Part shown: in pieces, positions 40,616 to 49,596 of the stretch
Layout: each line of letters starts with the position of its first letter
How positions within the stretch are numbered: position 1 is the first letter of the stretch
NCBI GenBank assembly: GCA_963798465.1
Contig: CAWCTC010000001.1
Span: 656,465-720,464 of the forward strand
Direction: 5' to 3'
DNA from: an uncultured bacterium
Lineage (GTDB): Bacteria; Patescibacteriota; Minisyncoccia; Phycocordibacterales; GWA1-40-21
DNA: 64,000 bases
Program-made: the position numbers and the translations under genes
The notes under the pieces: model-generated
Told to the model about the DNA's origin: nothing
Databases searched by the model: none
The model's input: only the letters and a program-made list of their open reading frames with translations

Positions 40616-40687
40616 TGTCATTCCCGCGGAGGCGGGAATCCATAATAATTAAATTCAGTCTAGATTCCCGTCTGCACGGGAATGACA
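40616..40687. repeat. Pair of 'ATTCCCG(C)...(G)CGGGAAT' hairpins forming a larger inverted repeat (TGTCATTCCCG...CGGGAATGACA)
   Basis: Both hairpins were read directly. They lie immediately after the obg stop. Confidence 0.65.
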
Positions 40688-40689
40688 CA

Positions 40690-41673
40690 CTATTCTTCCT
40701 TTTCAGCTTTTCTTAATATTTTAATTAGATTATCTTTCAAGAGCTTGATTGATTTATCATCAAGTACTGTCGCAGACAAAATATTTTTATTCAGCTTTGA
40801 AATTTTCTTTTCAGCTTTTTCCAAAGTTTTCTCATCCACCATATCTGTTTTAGTAAGAATCACAACTTCCTGTTTTTCTGCAAGTTCTGGACTATAATCT
40901 TCAAGCTCTTTTCTAATAACTTTATATGCAGCAACGACATCTTCATTTTCAAGTGAAAGACAATGTAGCAAAACTTTCGTTCTTTTTATATGTCTCAAAA
41001 ATTTATGTCCAAGTCCCTTTCCTTCTGAAGCTCCTTCGATAAGTCCAGGAATATCAGCCAAAATATATCCGTGCATATCGCCAAGCGATGGTTCAAGAGT
41101 TGTAAATTGATATGCGCCGATTTTTGATTTTGAATTTGTCAAAACATTTATAAGCGAAGATTTTCCCGCATTTGGCAATCCAATAAGTCCCGCGTCCGCA
41201 ACAAGCTCGACTTCAATATTAAAATCCGATTCTTCCGCAGCTTTCCCGTCAGTCTGCTCTTCTGGAGATCTATTTGTCGCGCTTTTAAAATATTCATTTC
41301 CAAGTCCGCCTTTTCCTCCGTTTAAAACTTTTATCAGTTTTTCATCTTCTACAAGATTGAATTTTTCTCTTGTTTCAAGGTTTGTAATAATTGAGCCGAT
41401 TGGAACATCGATTATCAAATCGATACCATTTTTTCCATGCATTCCTTTTTTCATTCCAGCCTCACCTGGCTCTGCAGTAAATTCTTTTGTGTTTTTATAT
41501 CTGGCAAGCACAGCAATATCGCGAATGGCGCGAAAATATACGTCGCCACCTTTTCCGCCGTTTCCTCCGGCAGGACCAGCTCGGTCTATGCCTTTTTCAT
41601 GAAGCCAGCGGACAACCCCGTCGCCACCACGACCAGCTGAAATATGTATTTTTAGTTCATCAATAAATGCCAT
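40690..41673 (-). CDS. obg: GTPase Obg/CgtA (short, no C-terminal extension)
   Basis: Gly-rich Obg fold 'AGRGGDGVVRW..GGNGGKGGDVY' and GTPase motifs 'GLPNAGKSSL', 'DIPGLIEGA' and 'TKTD'. Confidence 0.92.
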   Translation of the reverse strand: MAFIDELKIHISAGRGGDGVVRWLHEKGIDRAGPAGGNGGKGGDVYFRAIRDIAVLARYKNTKEFTAEPGEAGMKKGMHGKNGIDLIIDVPIGSIITNLETREKFNLVEDEKLIKVLNGGKGGLGNEYFKSATNRSPEEQTDGKAAEESDFNIEVELVADAGLIGLPNAGKSSLINVLTNSKSKIGAYQFTTLEPSLGDMHGYILADIPGLIEGASEGKGLGHKFLRHIKRTKVLLHCLSLENEDVVAAYKVIRKELEDYSPELAEKQEVVILTKTDMVDEKTLEKAEKKISKLNKNILSATVLDDKSIKLLKDNLIKILRKAEKEE

Positions 41674-41679
41674 AGGATT

Positions 41680-41712
41680 AGTCTAAAGGTAAAAGTCTAT
41701 AAAGTCAAAAGT
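41680..41712. repeat. GACTTT-unit inverted repeat, left arm
   Basis: 'AGTCTAAAGGTAAAAGTCTATAAAGTCAAAAGT' is about 80% complementary to 42099-42125. Confidence 0.6.
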
Positions 41713-41774
41713 AAAATCATTTTAATAATCAAGATTTTAATGTTTTTATTAAACCTGAAAGAATTTTTGATATT

Positions 41775-42080
41775 TCAATTTGATAAATTATTTGCAAAGA
41801 TAAAATTTTTTTCACTTAAATAATTTAAATCGAGGCCAAGACTTAACATTGATCTAACTTCTCCACAAGATCCTTTTGCTATAAATAAAAATTGTTTGAA
41901 TTCTTTATCTCCTTTTCTTTCAAAACCTTCAGCTATATTATTCATAATTGATACTGAGGCTCTTTCTATCTGATTTCTAAACGAAAAATCTTTACTGTTA
42001 GAAAAAAGTTTATACGTAAAAATTGTTAACTCTTTTGCTTTAATCCAAGCTTTAATATCCTCAAACTTTTCTATACTCAT
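41775..42080 (-). CDS. Four-helix-bundle protein (23S rRNA intervening-sequence protein family); start moved to MSIEKF
   Basis: 'FRNQIERASVSIMNNIAEGFERKGDKEFKQFLFIAKGSCGEVRS' is the characteristic pattern of this family. Confidence 0.8.
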   Translation of the reverse strand: MSIEKFEDIKAWIKAKELTIFTYKLFSNSKDFSFRNQIERASVSIMNNIAEGFERKGDKEFKQFLFIAKGSCGEVRSMLSLGLDLNYLSEKNFIFANNLSN

Positions 42081-42098
42081 TTTGTATTTTGCTTTATG

Positions 42099-42125
42099 GA
42101 CTTTATGACTTTTGACTTTCGGACT
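42099..42125. repeat. GACTTT-unit inverted repeat, right arm (overlaps MYG1 stop)
   Basis: 'GGACTTTATGACTTTTGACTTTCGGACT'. Confidence 0.6.
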
Positions 42126-43020
42126 CAAGTGCGAGCTTCGCGAGCGCGACTGCGCCTTCTTTTGTTTTAGCCACAGCAATAAATCTGTCATCGTGACAAA
42201 AAACTGCGTCAGAAACTCCGGTTATTTTTTCCAACTCGCCATCTTTTTTTCCCGCCCAGCTTTCAGGAAAATACATTTTTCTTTCAAATTTTTCATTCTG
42301 TTTAACAACGGTTTCTACACCCCACGTAGCATTATCAGTCCTGGGATGAACTACAAACAAAAGTTCAGAATAATCTGCCAGAGCTTTTCTCCAAGGATAA
42401 TCAACATCAAGAATAATCATTCTTTTATCTTCAGTTTTTTCATAAATTTGTTTTACAAAAACCGAGGCGTCCAAGCTGTCCTTTGCACGTTTTATTTCTC
42501 TTTCGAGCATTTTTTTTGCTTCAAAAACCGCACGATTAAAGCTTGCGAAAAGATCAGTTTTTTCTTCCCAAGTCGGATTGAATGAAAATAAGTAATCTGG
42601 AAAAGAATAAGGGTAAATCTTATCAAAATTATTTTTATAAAGTTCTATGCCGTTGTCATCGGCATCCATCGGTGCGATTATCGTATCATCGATTTTTTTT
42701 GCGATTTCAGCCGAACCGGTAATCTTTTCTCCAAACTCTTTCCAAATTAAACCGCTTGCCGCATAAAGAATCCCGTTTTCTCTCTTTACATCCCAATTTT
42801 CTTGGTGATGATCAAAAATATGTTTTTCTGGATTATATTCTCCGCCAACATCGCAGACATAATCGCACTTTGCCCAGATTTTCGGATCTCTTGTTCGGAA
42901 CACTTTTAGCGGCTTTTTCAAATACAAAGACAAAATCGCCACCGCTGAAACATCATCAGCATGAAATTTGCCATTGTGTACCGCAACTTTTACTTTTTTA
43001 TTTAACAGGCTTAACATCAT
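42103..43020 (-). CDS. MYG1/UPF0160 family metal-dependent hydrolase
   Basis: 'VAVHNGKFHADDVSAVAIL' and 'CDVGGEYNPEKHIFDHHQ'. Confidence 0.8.
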   Translation of the reverse strand: MMLSLLNKKVKVAVHNGKFHADDVSAVAILSLYLKKPLKVFRTRDPKIWAKCDYVCDVGGEYNPEKHIFDHHQENWDVKRENGILYAASGLIWKEFGEKITGSAEIAKKIDDTIIAPMDADDNGIELYKNNFDKIYPYSFPDYLFSFNPTWEEKTDLFASFNRAVFEAKKMLEREIKRAKDSLDASVFVKQIYEKTEDKRMIILDVDYPWRKALADYSELLFVVHPRTDNATWGVETVVKQNEKFERKMYFPESWAGKKDGELEKITGVSDAVFCHDDRFIAVAKTKEGAVALAKLALESESQKS

Positions 43021-43441
43021 TATTTTTGCTTGGGAATGAATTTTTTATCTCTTCAATATCTTTGGACATCTGATATATTCTTGCTCTCATTGTTTTAATC
43101 TCCTCCTCTTCTTTATCAACCTCCTCTTCCGTTTTTTCCTCGATTTTCTTTTCATGTTTGACTCCAGATAATATTATTCTGTCACCTACGAAGAACGACA
43201 CGAAAAGCCCCGTGGCGAGAAGTATGAGAGTAGTCCAAACTATCGTAAACGGTGCATAGAAAATAACAGCCCATATTCCGCCATTCTGAGACAAGACATC
43301 GGCGGTTTCCCACACTCCTCTCCAAAAGAGAACGATGGCAATACCGCTTATAATTGCGTAAATTATCGTGTAGTGGCTGAGTTTTCCTCTGACTTTATCC
43401 TCAAATTTATCGAAAAATCCGAATATTTTTTTAAGCATCAA
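42998..43441 (-). CDS. Hypothetical membrane protein (3 TM) with acidic coiled-coil tail
   Basis: 147-aa ORF that overlaps the MYG1 start by 23 nt. Confidence 0.5.
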   Translation of the reverse strand: MMLKKIFGFFDKFEDKVRGKLSHYTIIYAIISGIAIVLFWRGVWETADVLSQNGGIWAVIFYAPFTIVWTTLILLATGLFVSFFVGDRIILSGVKHEKKIEEKTEEEVDKEEEEIKTMRARIYQMSKDIEEIKNSFPSKNNDVKPVK

Positions 43442-43483
43442 GTAATAATTTAAAATTTATAATACAGCCATTATACACCATAA

Positions 43484-43786
43484 TTATGACTCTTCCAAAA
43501 TGATTCTTTTCTTGAAAGCCCCGCGCTCTTTAACTTTTTTATCCTTTATTGACTCAAGATTTTTCTTGTCGAACTTTTTATATTCGCAGATTGCATCGAT
43601 AACTTCTTCTATGTCGGCGATTTCCTCGATATTTTCATCCGCTAAAAATTCTTTCACTTCTTCCGACAATTTTTCTTTCAACTTTTCCCAGTATTCTTTA
43701 TTATCGGCAATGTGATATGCAACTTTTTCTCCTTTGTTTTTTATTCTCTCGGGAATTTTGTCCCTAACTAGTTTGTTGTATTTCAT
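43484..43786 (-). CDS. MazG-like nucleoside triphosphate pyrophosphohydrolase (small all-alpha type)
   Basis: '[13 protein letters not shown]' and 'EE..EF......EE.ADIEEVI' (EExxE-type acidic helices). Confidence 0.6.
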   Translation of the reverse strand: MKYNKLVRDKIPERIKNKGEKVAYHIADNKEYWEKLKEKLSEEVKEFLADENIEEIADIEEVIDAICEYKKFDKKNLESIKDKKVKERGAFKKRIILEES

Positions 43787-44118
43787 ATTAATTCAAAAAC
43801 TATTATACCAAATTTTTCAATTTTTTCCTTGTAATTAGGAAAACTGTAATACATTTCTTCTAATTCTTTTGATGTTTTTAAAACAGGATTAATTTCCTGA
43901 ACTTTATATTTTTTGAGCAAATCAGAAATTGTTTTAAAACTTTCAACTTTTTTAACCTGTTTAATAATAGTGTCCTTCCCACAAACAAGTTCAATAATAT
44001 CCCCTTCTTTAATATCAAGAAATTTCTGAGCTGCAGCTCTGGTTTCAATTTTCTTTCTGCCATCACAAATAGCTTCAAATATATCTCTATTTACTTCATA
44101 AAAATTTAATTTGGTCAT
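43783..44118 (-). CDS. ASCH domain protein (start moved to MTKLNF)
   Basis: '[16 protein letters not shown]......GDIIEL' fits an ASCH/PUA-like pattern. It overlaps the next gene by 4 nt. Confidence 0.55.
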   Translation of the reverse strand: MTKLNFYEVNRDIFEAICDGRKKIETRAAAQKFLDIKEGDIIELVCGKDTIIKQVKKVESFKTISDLLKKYKVQEINPVLKTSKELEEMYYSFPNYKEKIEKFGIIVFELI

Positions 44119-44120
44119 TT

Positions 44121-45146
44121 TTATTTCAAATATTCCTGAATATTCTGATCTTGTTCTTCTAGCGTGTCGGCACAATGAATTTGTCCGCTTGAATCATGAA
44201 GATAATATATGCATGAAGTTGTTGCGGGATTCAAAACTGCGTTTATCGCATCAAGTCCTGGATTGCAAATCGGAGTTGGCGGAAGACCTTTGTTCAAATA
44301 AGTATTGTATGCCGATTTTATGCTTGTGTCGCTTGCTTTTATTGGCGACCACCAGCTTCCTGCTCTTCTATAATTCAATAATTGTTCTCCATTCGATACT
44401 TTTCCATAATGCGTAATATCATCATCTATATATTGAATTGTTGAATCGACATCGAGCTCCATGCCGGCTGACAATCGATTCCAAATTATTCCAGAAATAA
44501 GAGGCATGTCATTCGTGCCAGCAGCTTCGCGCTGGACAATCGAGGCAATTTTCAAAACAGTTGGCCATCTTATATTTTGTTGTAAAGATTCAGTCAGATA
44601 CGGCTCGAATTTTCCGTTGAATTCATTTATAAATATCTGCGCGACTTCGGCCGGAGTGTCGTTCATCGGAATCAAATATGAATCTGGAAAATAAACTCCT
44701 TCCATATAATTGCTGTCGGTGTCTGTGTCTTTTGTAATCCATTCTATTTTTTCCGCGTCGCTCCAGCCGAGATTGCTCGCGAGAATTTCCGCAATCTGCT
44801 CTTTTCGCAAACCTTCAGGAATCACAATCCATTTCATGTACGGATTTTTCATCGCGATTGCAAGCTGCCAAGCTGTCATACTTTTTGAAATTTTATAAGA
44901 GCCTGGCACGATTTGCGTTTTTTTCAAAGCAAATTCAAAACCCCATTCGCTTTTTATAAAACCTTGAGTTTTTAAATTATTTATCGCAACTTGCTCCGTC
45001 TGATTTAGCGACACAACAAAATTTTCTGCTGTTGCATTTTTACTTGGCGCACCAAAAAGCGAATTATATATAAAAAAACTTCCTGCAATAACAAGAACTA
45101 AAATGGTTCCAGTAATTATGAGTATGTCCTTTGTTTTATCTGACAT
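44121..45146 (-). CDS. mltG: Endolytic murein transglycosylase MltG (YceG-like)
   Basis: N-terminal TM helix, with 'EGVYFPDSY', 'ASIVQREA', 'NTYLNKGLPPTPICNPG' and 'YYLHD'. Confidence 0.85.
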   Translation of the reverse strand: MSDKTKDILIITGTILVLVIAGSFFIYNSLFGAPSKNATAENFVVSLNQTEQVAINNLKTQGFIKSEWGFEFALKKTQIVPGSYKISKSMTAWQLAIAMKNPYMKWIVIPEGLRKEQIAEILASNLGWSDAEKIEWITKDTDTDSNYMEGVYFPDSYLIPMNDTPAEVAQIFINEFNGKFEPYLTESLQQNIRWPTVLKIASIVQREAAGTNDMPLISGIIWNRLSAGMELDVDSTIQYIDDDITHYGKVSNGEQLLNYRRAGSWWSPIKASDTSIKSAYNTYLNKGLPPTPICNPGLDAINAVLNPATTSCIYYLHDSSGQIHCADTLEEQDQNIQEYLK

Positions 45147-45189
45147 GGAATTTTCTATTTCCTATTTTCCACAGCACTTTTTAACGGAG

Positions 45190-45272
45190 ATCGATTTGCG
45201 AAGCTCGTCTGAGCAAAGCGAGTCGTGTTTTGCTGTCCGCGGTGGCGGACACTTCTACCGTAAAGAAAACCT
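45190..45272 (-). repeat. Family-4 ~85-nt repeat, copy 2 (between secA and mltG)
   Basis: 'ATCGATTTGCGAA..AAAGCGAGTCGTG..GTCCGCGGTGGCGGACACTT..CG.AAAGAAAACCT'. Confidence 0.7.
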
Positions 45273-45317
45273 AGTGTGTTAAATTTTAATAAATTTAACA
45301 CTTTTCTTATATTTTTT

Positions 45318-47786
45318 CTACTTACCACAGCACTTCTTGAACTTCTTACCTGAACCGCAAGGGCAAGGATCATTTCTTCCGACTTCATCTTTCTTTTTTG
45401 CGGAAATTTGTGTATTGTCGGCCTTTCCTTCCCGCCGGCCATTTTCATTCCTTTCTGAGTTTCTTTCATTTTTTCTTCTTCGGCAACAAAGGCACCGGCT
45501 CCAATATGAGGCAAAAGACTTAATACCTGCGCATTTATCGCTAATTGCATTTCTTTGAAAAGTCCAAGCCCTTCTCTTTTATATTCGACAAGCGGATCCC
45601 TTTGTCCATAAGCGCGAAGATTTACCGAGCCACGCAAATAATCCATCATTTCCAAATGATCCACCCAGAACATGTCTATAGCCTGAAGCATTATTATTCT
45701 CGCAATTCTGTAAAATTCTTCTTCTCCGAGTGCAGTAATTTTTTCCGCTATAATTTTCTGGGAATTTTCATCAACTGCGATTTCCGATAATTTTTCTTTC
45801 ACAGCTTCAATTCCGCCGGTCAAAATTTTTCTTCTTCTTTCATAAACGGTTTTTCTTTGGAAATTCAAAACATCGTCGTATTCCAAAACATTTTTTCTGG
45901 CATCAAAATTGAAACCTTCTATTTTTGTCTGCGCATTTTCAAGAGCTCTCGTTATGAGAGAATTTTCAATCGGCTCGTCTTCAGGAATTCCGAATCTATT
46001 CATCATTTTTTTGACAGTATCATTTGCAAAAATTCTCATCAGAGAATCTTCGAGCGAAACGAAAAATCGAGTTTCTCCGGGATCTCCTTGTCTGCCGGAT
46101 CTTCCTCGAAGCTGATTGTCGACTCTTCTTGCATCATGTCTTTCCGTTCCAAAAACACAAAGTCCGCCGAGAGATTTTACTTTTTCATATTCTTCCTTGT
46201 CAAAAATAAATCCTCCGAGTTTGATATCAACTCCTCTTCCGGCCATGTTCGTGGCAACGGTGACAGCTCCGAATTTTCCCGCGCCCGCAGTTATTTCTCC
46301 TTCTTTTTCATGATTCTTTGCATTCAAAACATTGTGAGGCACGCCTTCTCTTTTCAAAAATTCAGAAAGCAATTCATTTTTCTCGATTGAAACAGTACCG
46401 ATGAGCACCGGCTGACCGGCTTTATGCTTTTCTTTTATCATCCTCGCAAGCGCCATAAATTTTCCCTGTTCTGTCTGGAAAATCAAATCATTCAAATCTT
46501 TTCTCTGAGTCGGCACATTTGTCGGAACAGGAATAGTGTCCATACTGTAAACTTTGAAAAATTCTTCGCTCGATGTCAGAGCGGTTCCCGTCATACCGGA
46601 AAGCCTTTTGTATAATCTGAAATAATTTTGATATGTGATGGAAGCAAAAGTTCTCGATTCTTTTTGGATTTTTACGCCTTCTTTCGATTCAATCGCCTGA
46701 TGCAATCCTTCGGACCATCTTCTTCCCGGCTGAAGTCTTCCAGTAAATTCATCGACAATAATTATTTCTCCGTCTTTCACGACATAATCCGTATTTATTT
46801 CATAAAGCGCTTTTGCGCGAGTCGCCGTTTCCAAATGGTGGACATATTTGATTCCTCCTTCGGTATAAATATTTTCAACTCCTAAAGATTTTTCGGCTTT
46901 ATTTATTCCGGCATCTGTGAGCTGTATCGCTTTATGCTTTTCATCTACAGTATAATCGACGTCTTTTACAAAACCGCTGACAATTTTAGTAAAAACATCG
47001 TAAAGTTCTCCGGAATCTTGCGCCGGCGCAGAAATAATGAGCGGAGTTCTTGCTTCATCAATAAGAATAGAGTCGACTTCATCGACGATTGCAAAATTAT
47101 ATCCTCTTTGCCTCAATTTGCTGACATCATATTCAATATTGTCTCGCAGATAATCAAAACCGAATTCATTGTTTGTTCCATAAGTGATATCAGCTTCGTA
47201 TGCTTGTCTTCTCGAACAAGGTTTCAAAAATTCATGGACAACTTTGAAAGAACCGATTTCATCTACTTTCTTCGTCGAGCTCAACATGAGCCGGATCATA
47301 AAGATAAGAAGCTTCATGATTTAAAATTCCGACAGACAAGCCGAGTGCGTTATAAATCTGCCCCATCCAAACTGCGTCTCTTCTCGAAAGATAATCATTG
47401 ACAGTGACGACATGAACGCCTTCTCCGGAAATTGCATTCAAATATGCCGGCAATGTTGCAACAAGAGTTTTTCCTTCTCCGGTTTTCATCTCGGAAATAT
47501 TTCCTCGATGAAGAATAATTCCTCCAACCAATTGGACATCAAAATGTCTTAACTTTAAAGTTCTTTCAGATGCTTCTCTGACTGCGGCAAAAGCTTCCGG
47601 CAATATCAAATCTAGTTCTTCTCCATTTTTCAATCTGTCTCTGAATTCCTGAGTTTTATTTTTAAGCTGTTCATCCGAAAGTTTTTTCAAATTATCAGAA
47701 AAAGACCCTATTTGCGCGATAATCGGCTCTAAAGTCTTTATATATTTTTCATATCTGTCTCCAAAAATTTTGTTCAAAAATGACAT
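45318..47786 (-). pseudogene. secA: Preprotein translocase ATPase SecA with at least 2 frame changes (~47,280 and ~45,400)
   Basis: The N-terminus (47259-47786, '[19 protein letters not shown]') and body (to ~45,400) lie in different frames. The zinc-finger tail '[20 protein letters not shown]' is in a third frame and ends at 45318. Confidence 0.88.
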
Positions 47787-47953
47787 AAAATATATAATAG
47801 CATAAATACATTATATATAAAGTAATCTAGAAACTTACTATTTTAATTTTTCTTAACAGAAATGTCCGCACATTTGTAATCAATTGTGCGGACATAATCT
47901 TGAAGAATCAGCGGTGGCTGATACAGATTCTGTAAAAACAACCGGGTATAAAA

Positions 47954-47976
47954 ATACCGCTTTTCTGAAGCGGTAT
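47954..47976 (-). terminator. Rho-independent terminator (ATACCGCTT-CAGAA-AAGCGGTAT + U-run)
   Basis: Lies 11 nt after the stop of the 20-codon ORF on the minus strand. Confidence 0.65.
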
Positions 47977-47987
47977 TTTTATTTGTT

Positions 47988-48050
47988 TTATCTCTTCTTT
48001 CCTTTCTTTGCTTTTTTTGCTACTTTCTTTGCTTTCTTTTTAGCTGCCAT
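47988..48050 (-). CDS. Candidate 20-aa Lys-rich peptide (MAAKKKAKKVAKKAKKGKKR)
   Basis: ATG-initiated ORF followed directly by a strong terminator. No conservation evidence is available. Confidence 0.25.
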   Translation of the reverse strand: MAAKKKAKKVAKKAKKGKKR

Positions 48051-48241
48051 GTTTTTTTGTATTCCGGATTAAGGAGAATATTTACAAGTTATCCGGAAAA
48101 ATTATTTTAATTTGTTTTTAAATAGTAGTTTATCGACACAAGTTTTTAAAAAACTTGAAACCTACTGCTGGCTATAATTTTACAACTTATTAAAATTAAT
48201 ACAATAGTTTTTGACCTGTTGATAACTTTTCATGAAAAATT

Positions 48242-49258
48242 TTAAAAAATATTTTCCACTTCCCTTTCAATTTTTAATTTTGTTTTTTCAAAAACTTTTT
48301 CCTCGATTATTTTTGCAAAATTATTTATCTCAGAAAAATCTGCTCCGCCATAATTTACGATTACAAGAGATTGTTTTTCAAAAAGTCCGACTTGCCCTAC
48401 GCGAAATCCCTTAAGAAGACATATTTTATCTATTACAAAGCCCAATGGAATCTTCACAAAATCTTTTCCGGCATCATATCTCGGCAAATCCGGAAATTTT
48501 TCCAAAAGCTTTGAATATTCTTCTTCTGTGATGATTGGATTTTTAAAAAATGAACCCGCGGTGCCCAAAACTTTCCAATCCGGCAATTTTTCTCTTCTGA
48601 TTTTTCCTATAACTTCAATAATTTCCTTTATGCCAACATTCTCCTTGTCCAAAAAATATTCTTTCAAAGAAGGATATGAAAAATTCGGCAAAAAAACATT
48701 GTTCAGCTTGAATGATACTTTTGTAATTATGAGATTTTTATTTTTTTTGAAGATACTTTCCCTGTATCCAAATCTGCACTCATTATTTTTAAAAGAAAAT
48801 TTTTCAAAATTGTTCGCATCTATACCTTCCACTAGAAAAATAAAATCTTTTGCCTCAACTCCATAAGCTCCTATATTTTGCACAGCTGAAGCTCCAACAG
48901 TCCCCGGAATATTCCAAAGATTTTCTATTCCATAAAGTCCGTTTTCGGACGCAAACATTATCAAATCGTCAAATAATTCTCCCGCGCCAGCTGACACGAT
49001 TGAAAAATCTGACTCTTTCGATTCGATTTTTTTGCCTTTGATTCCCATTTTGATGACAATTCCCGGAAAATCCCTGTCGCTCAATAAAAGATTTGAGCCG
49101 TTACCTATTATAAAAAATTCCAATTTATTTTCTTTTGCAAATTTTAAAGCTTCAATCAATTCATCTTCGCTTTCAACTTCACAAAAAAACCGTGCGTTTC
49201 CGCCGGTCTTGAAAGTATTAAAAATGGAAAGATTTATATTTTTTCTTATGTTTTGCAT
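48242..49258 (-). CDS. murB: UDP-N-acetylenolpyruvoylglucosamine reductase
   Basis: FAD-binding N-terminus ('TFKTGGNARFF', 'IIGNGSNLL') and 'AGSFFKNP'. Confidence 0.88.
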   Translation of the reverse strand: MQNIRKNINLSIFNTFKTGGNARFFCEVESEDELIEALKFAKENKLEFFIIGNGSNLLLSDRDFPGIVIKMGIKGKKIESKESDFSIVSAGAGELFDDLIMFASENGLYGIENLWNIPGTVGASAVQNIGAYGVEAKDFIFLVEGIDANNFEKFSFKNNECRFGYRESIFKKNKNLIITKVSFKLNNVFLPNFSYPSLKEYFLDKENVGIKEIIEVIGKIRREKLPDWKVLGTAGSFFKNPIITEEEYSKLLEKFPDLPRYDAGKDFVKIPLGFVIDKICLLKGFRVGQVGLFEKQSLVIVNYGGADFSEINNFAKIIEEKVFEKTKLKIEREVENIF

Positions 49259-49278
49259 ATTTTTAAAAAGATTATTTC

Positions 49279-49349
49279 CACTTATAGCCGGCGAGGTTCA
49301 ACTCTAAAAGTTAATATCTTTAAATGAGTGCGATCGCCGGCTATAAGTG
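49279..49349. repeat. 16-bp perfect inverted repeat (CACTTATAGCCGGCGA ... TCGCCGGCTATAAGTG) with 39-nt spacer, 20 nt upstream of murB ATG
   Basis: The arms were read and reverse-complemented directly. Confidence 0.8.
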
Positions 49350-49483
49350 AAAACAATCCTTCTTTATCATTATAACAAAATAAACTATTCCCTGCCAAAG
49401 CAGATAGTTTTGTTTGAAATTAAAATCTAGGATTAATCGTGCGAAGGCCAGACCTTCGCAGATTTCAAATATCAACAAGTACA

Positions 49484-49506
49484 TAAAAAACCCCTTTCGG
49501 GGTTCA
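49484..49506 (-). terminator. Rho-independent terminator (AACCCC-GAAA-GGGGTT + U-run) after the 710-aa gene
   Basis: Minus strand reads 'AACCCCGAAAGGGGTTTTTTAT'. Confidence 0.7.
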
Positions 49507-49596
49507 ATATGAAGATATTAACAAAGTGCTAAACTCTTTCTACTAGCACTCACTTGCCAATATCGTATCACACATATCAAGAAAAATCAAGTATAA

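Noticed and set aside
49295-49333. 'GGTTCAACTC' in the loop of the murB-upstream inverted repeat as a tRNA or tRNA fragment.
   Set aside because: The flanks do not form a T-stem, acceptor arm or anticodon arm.
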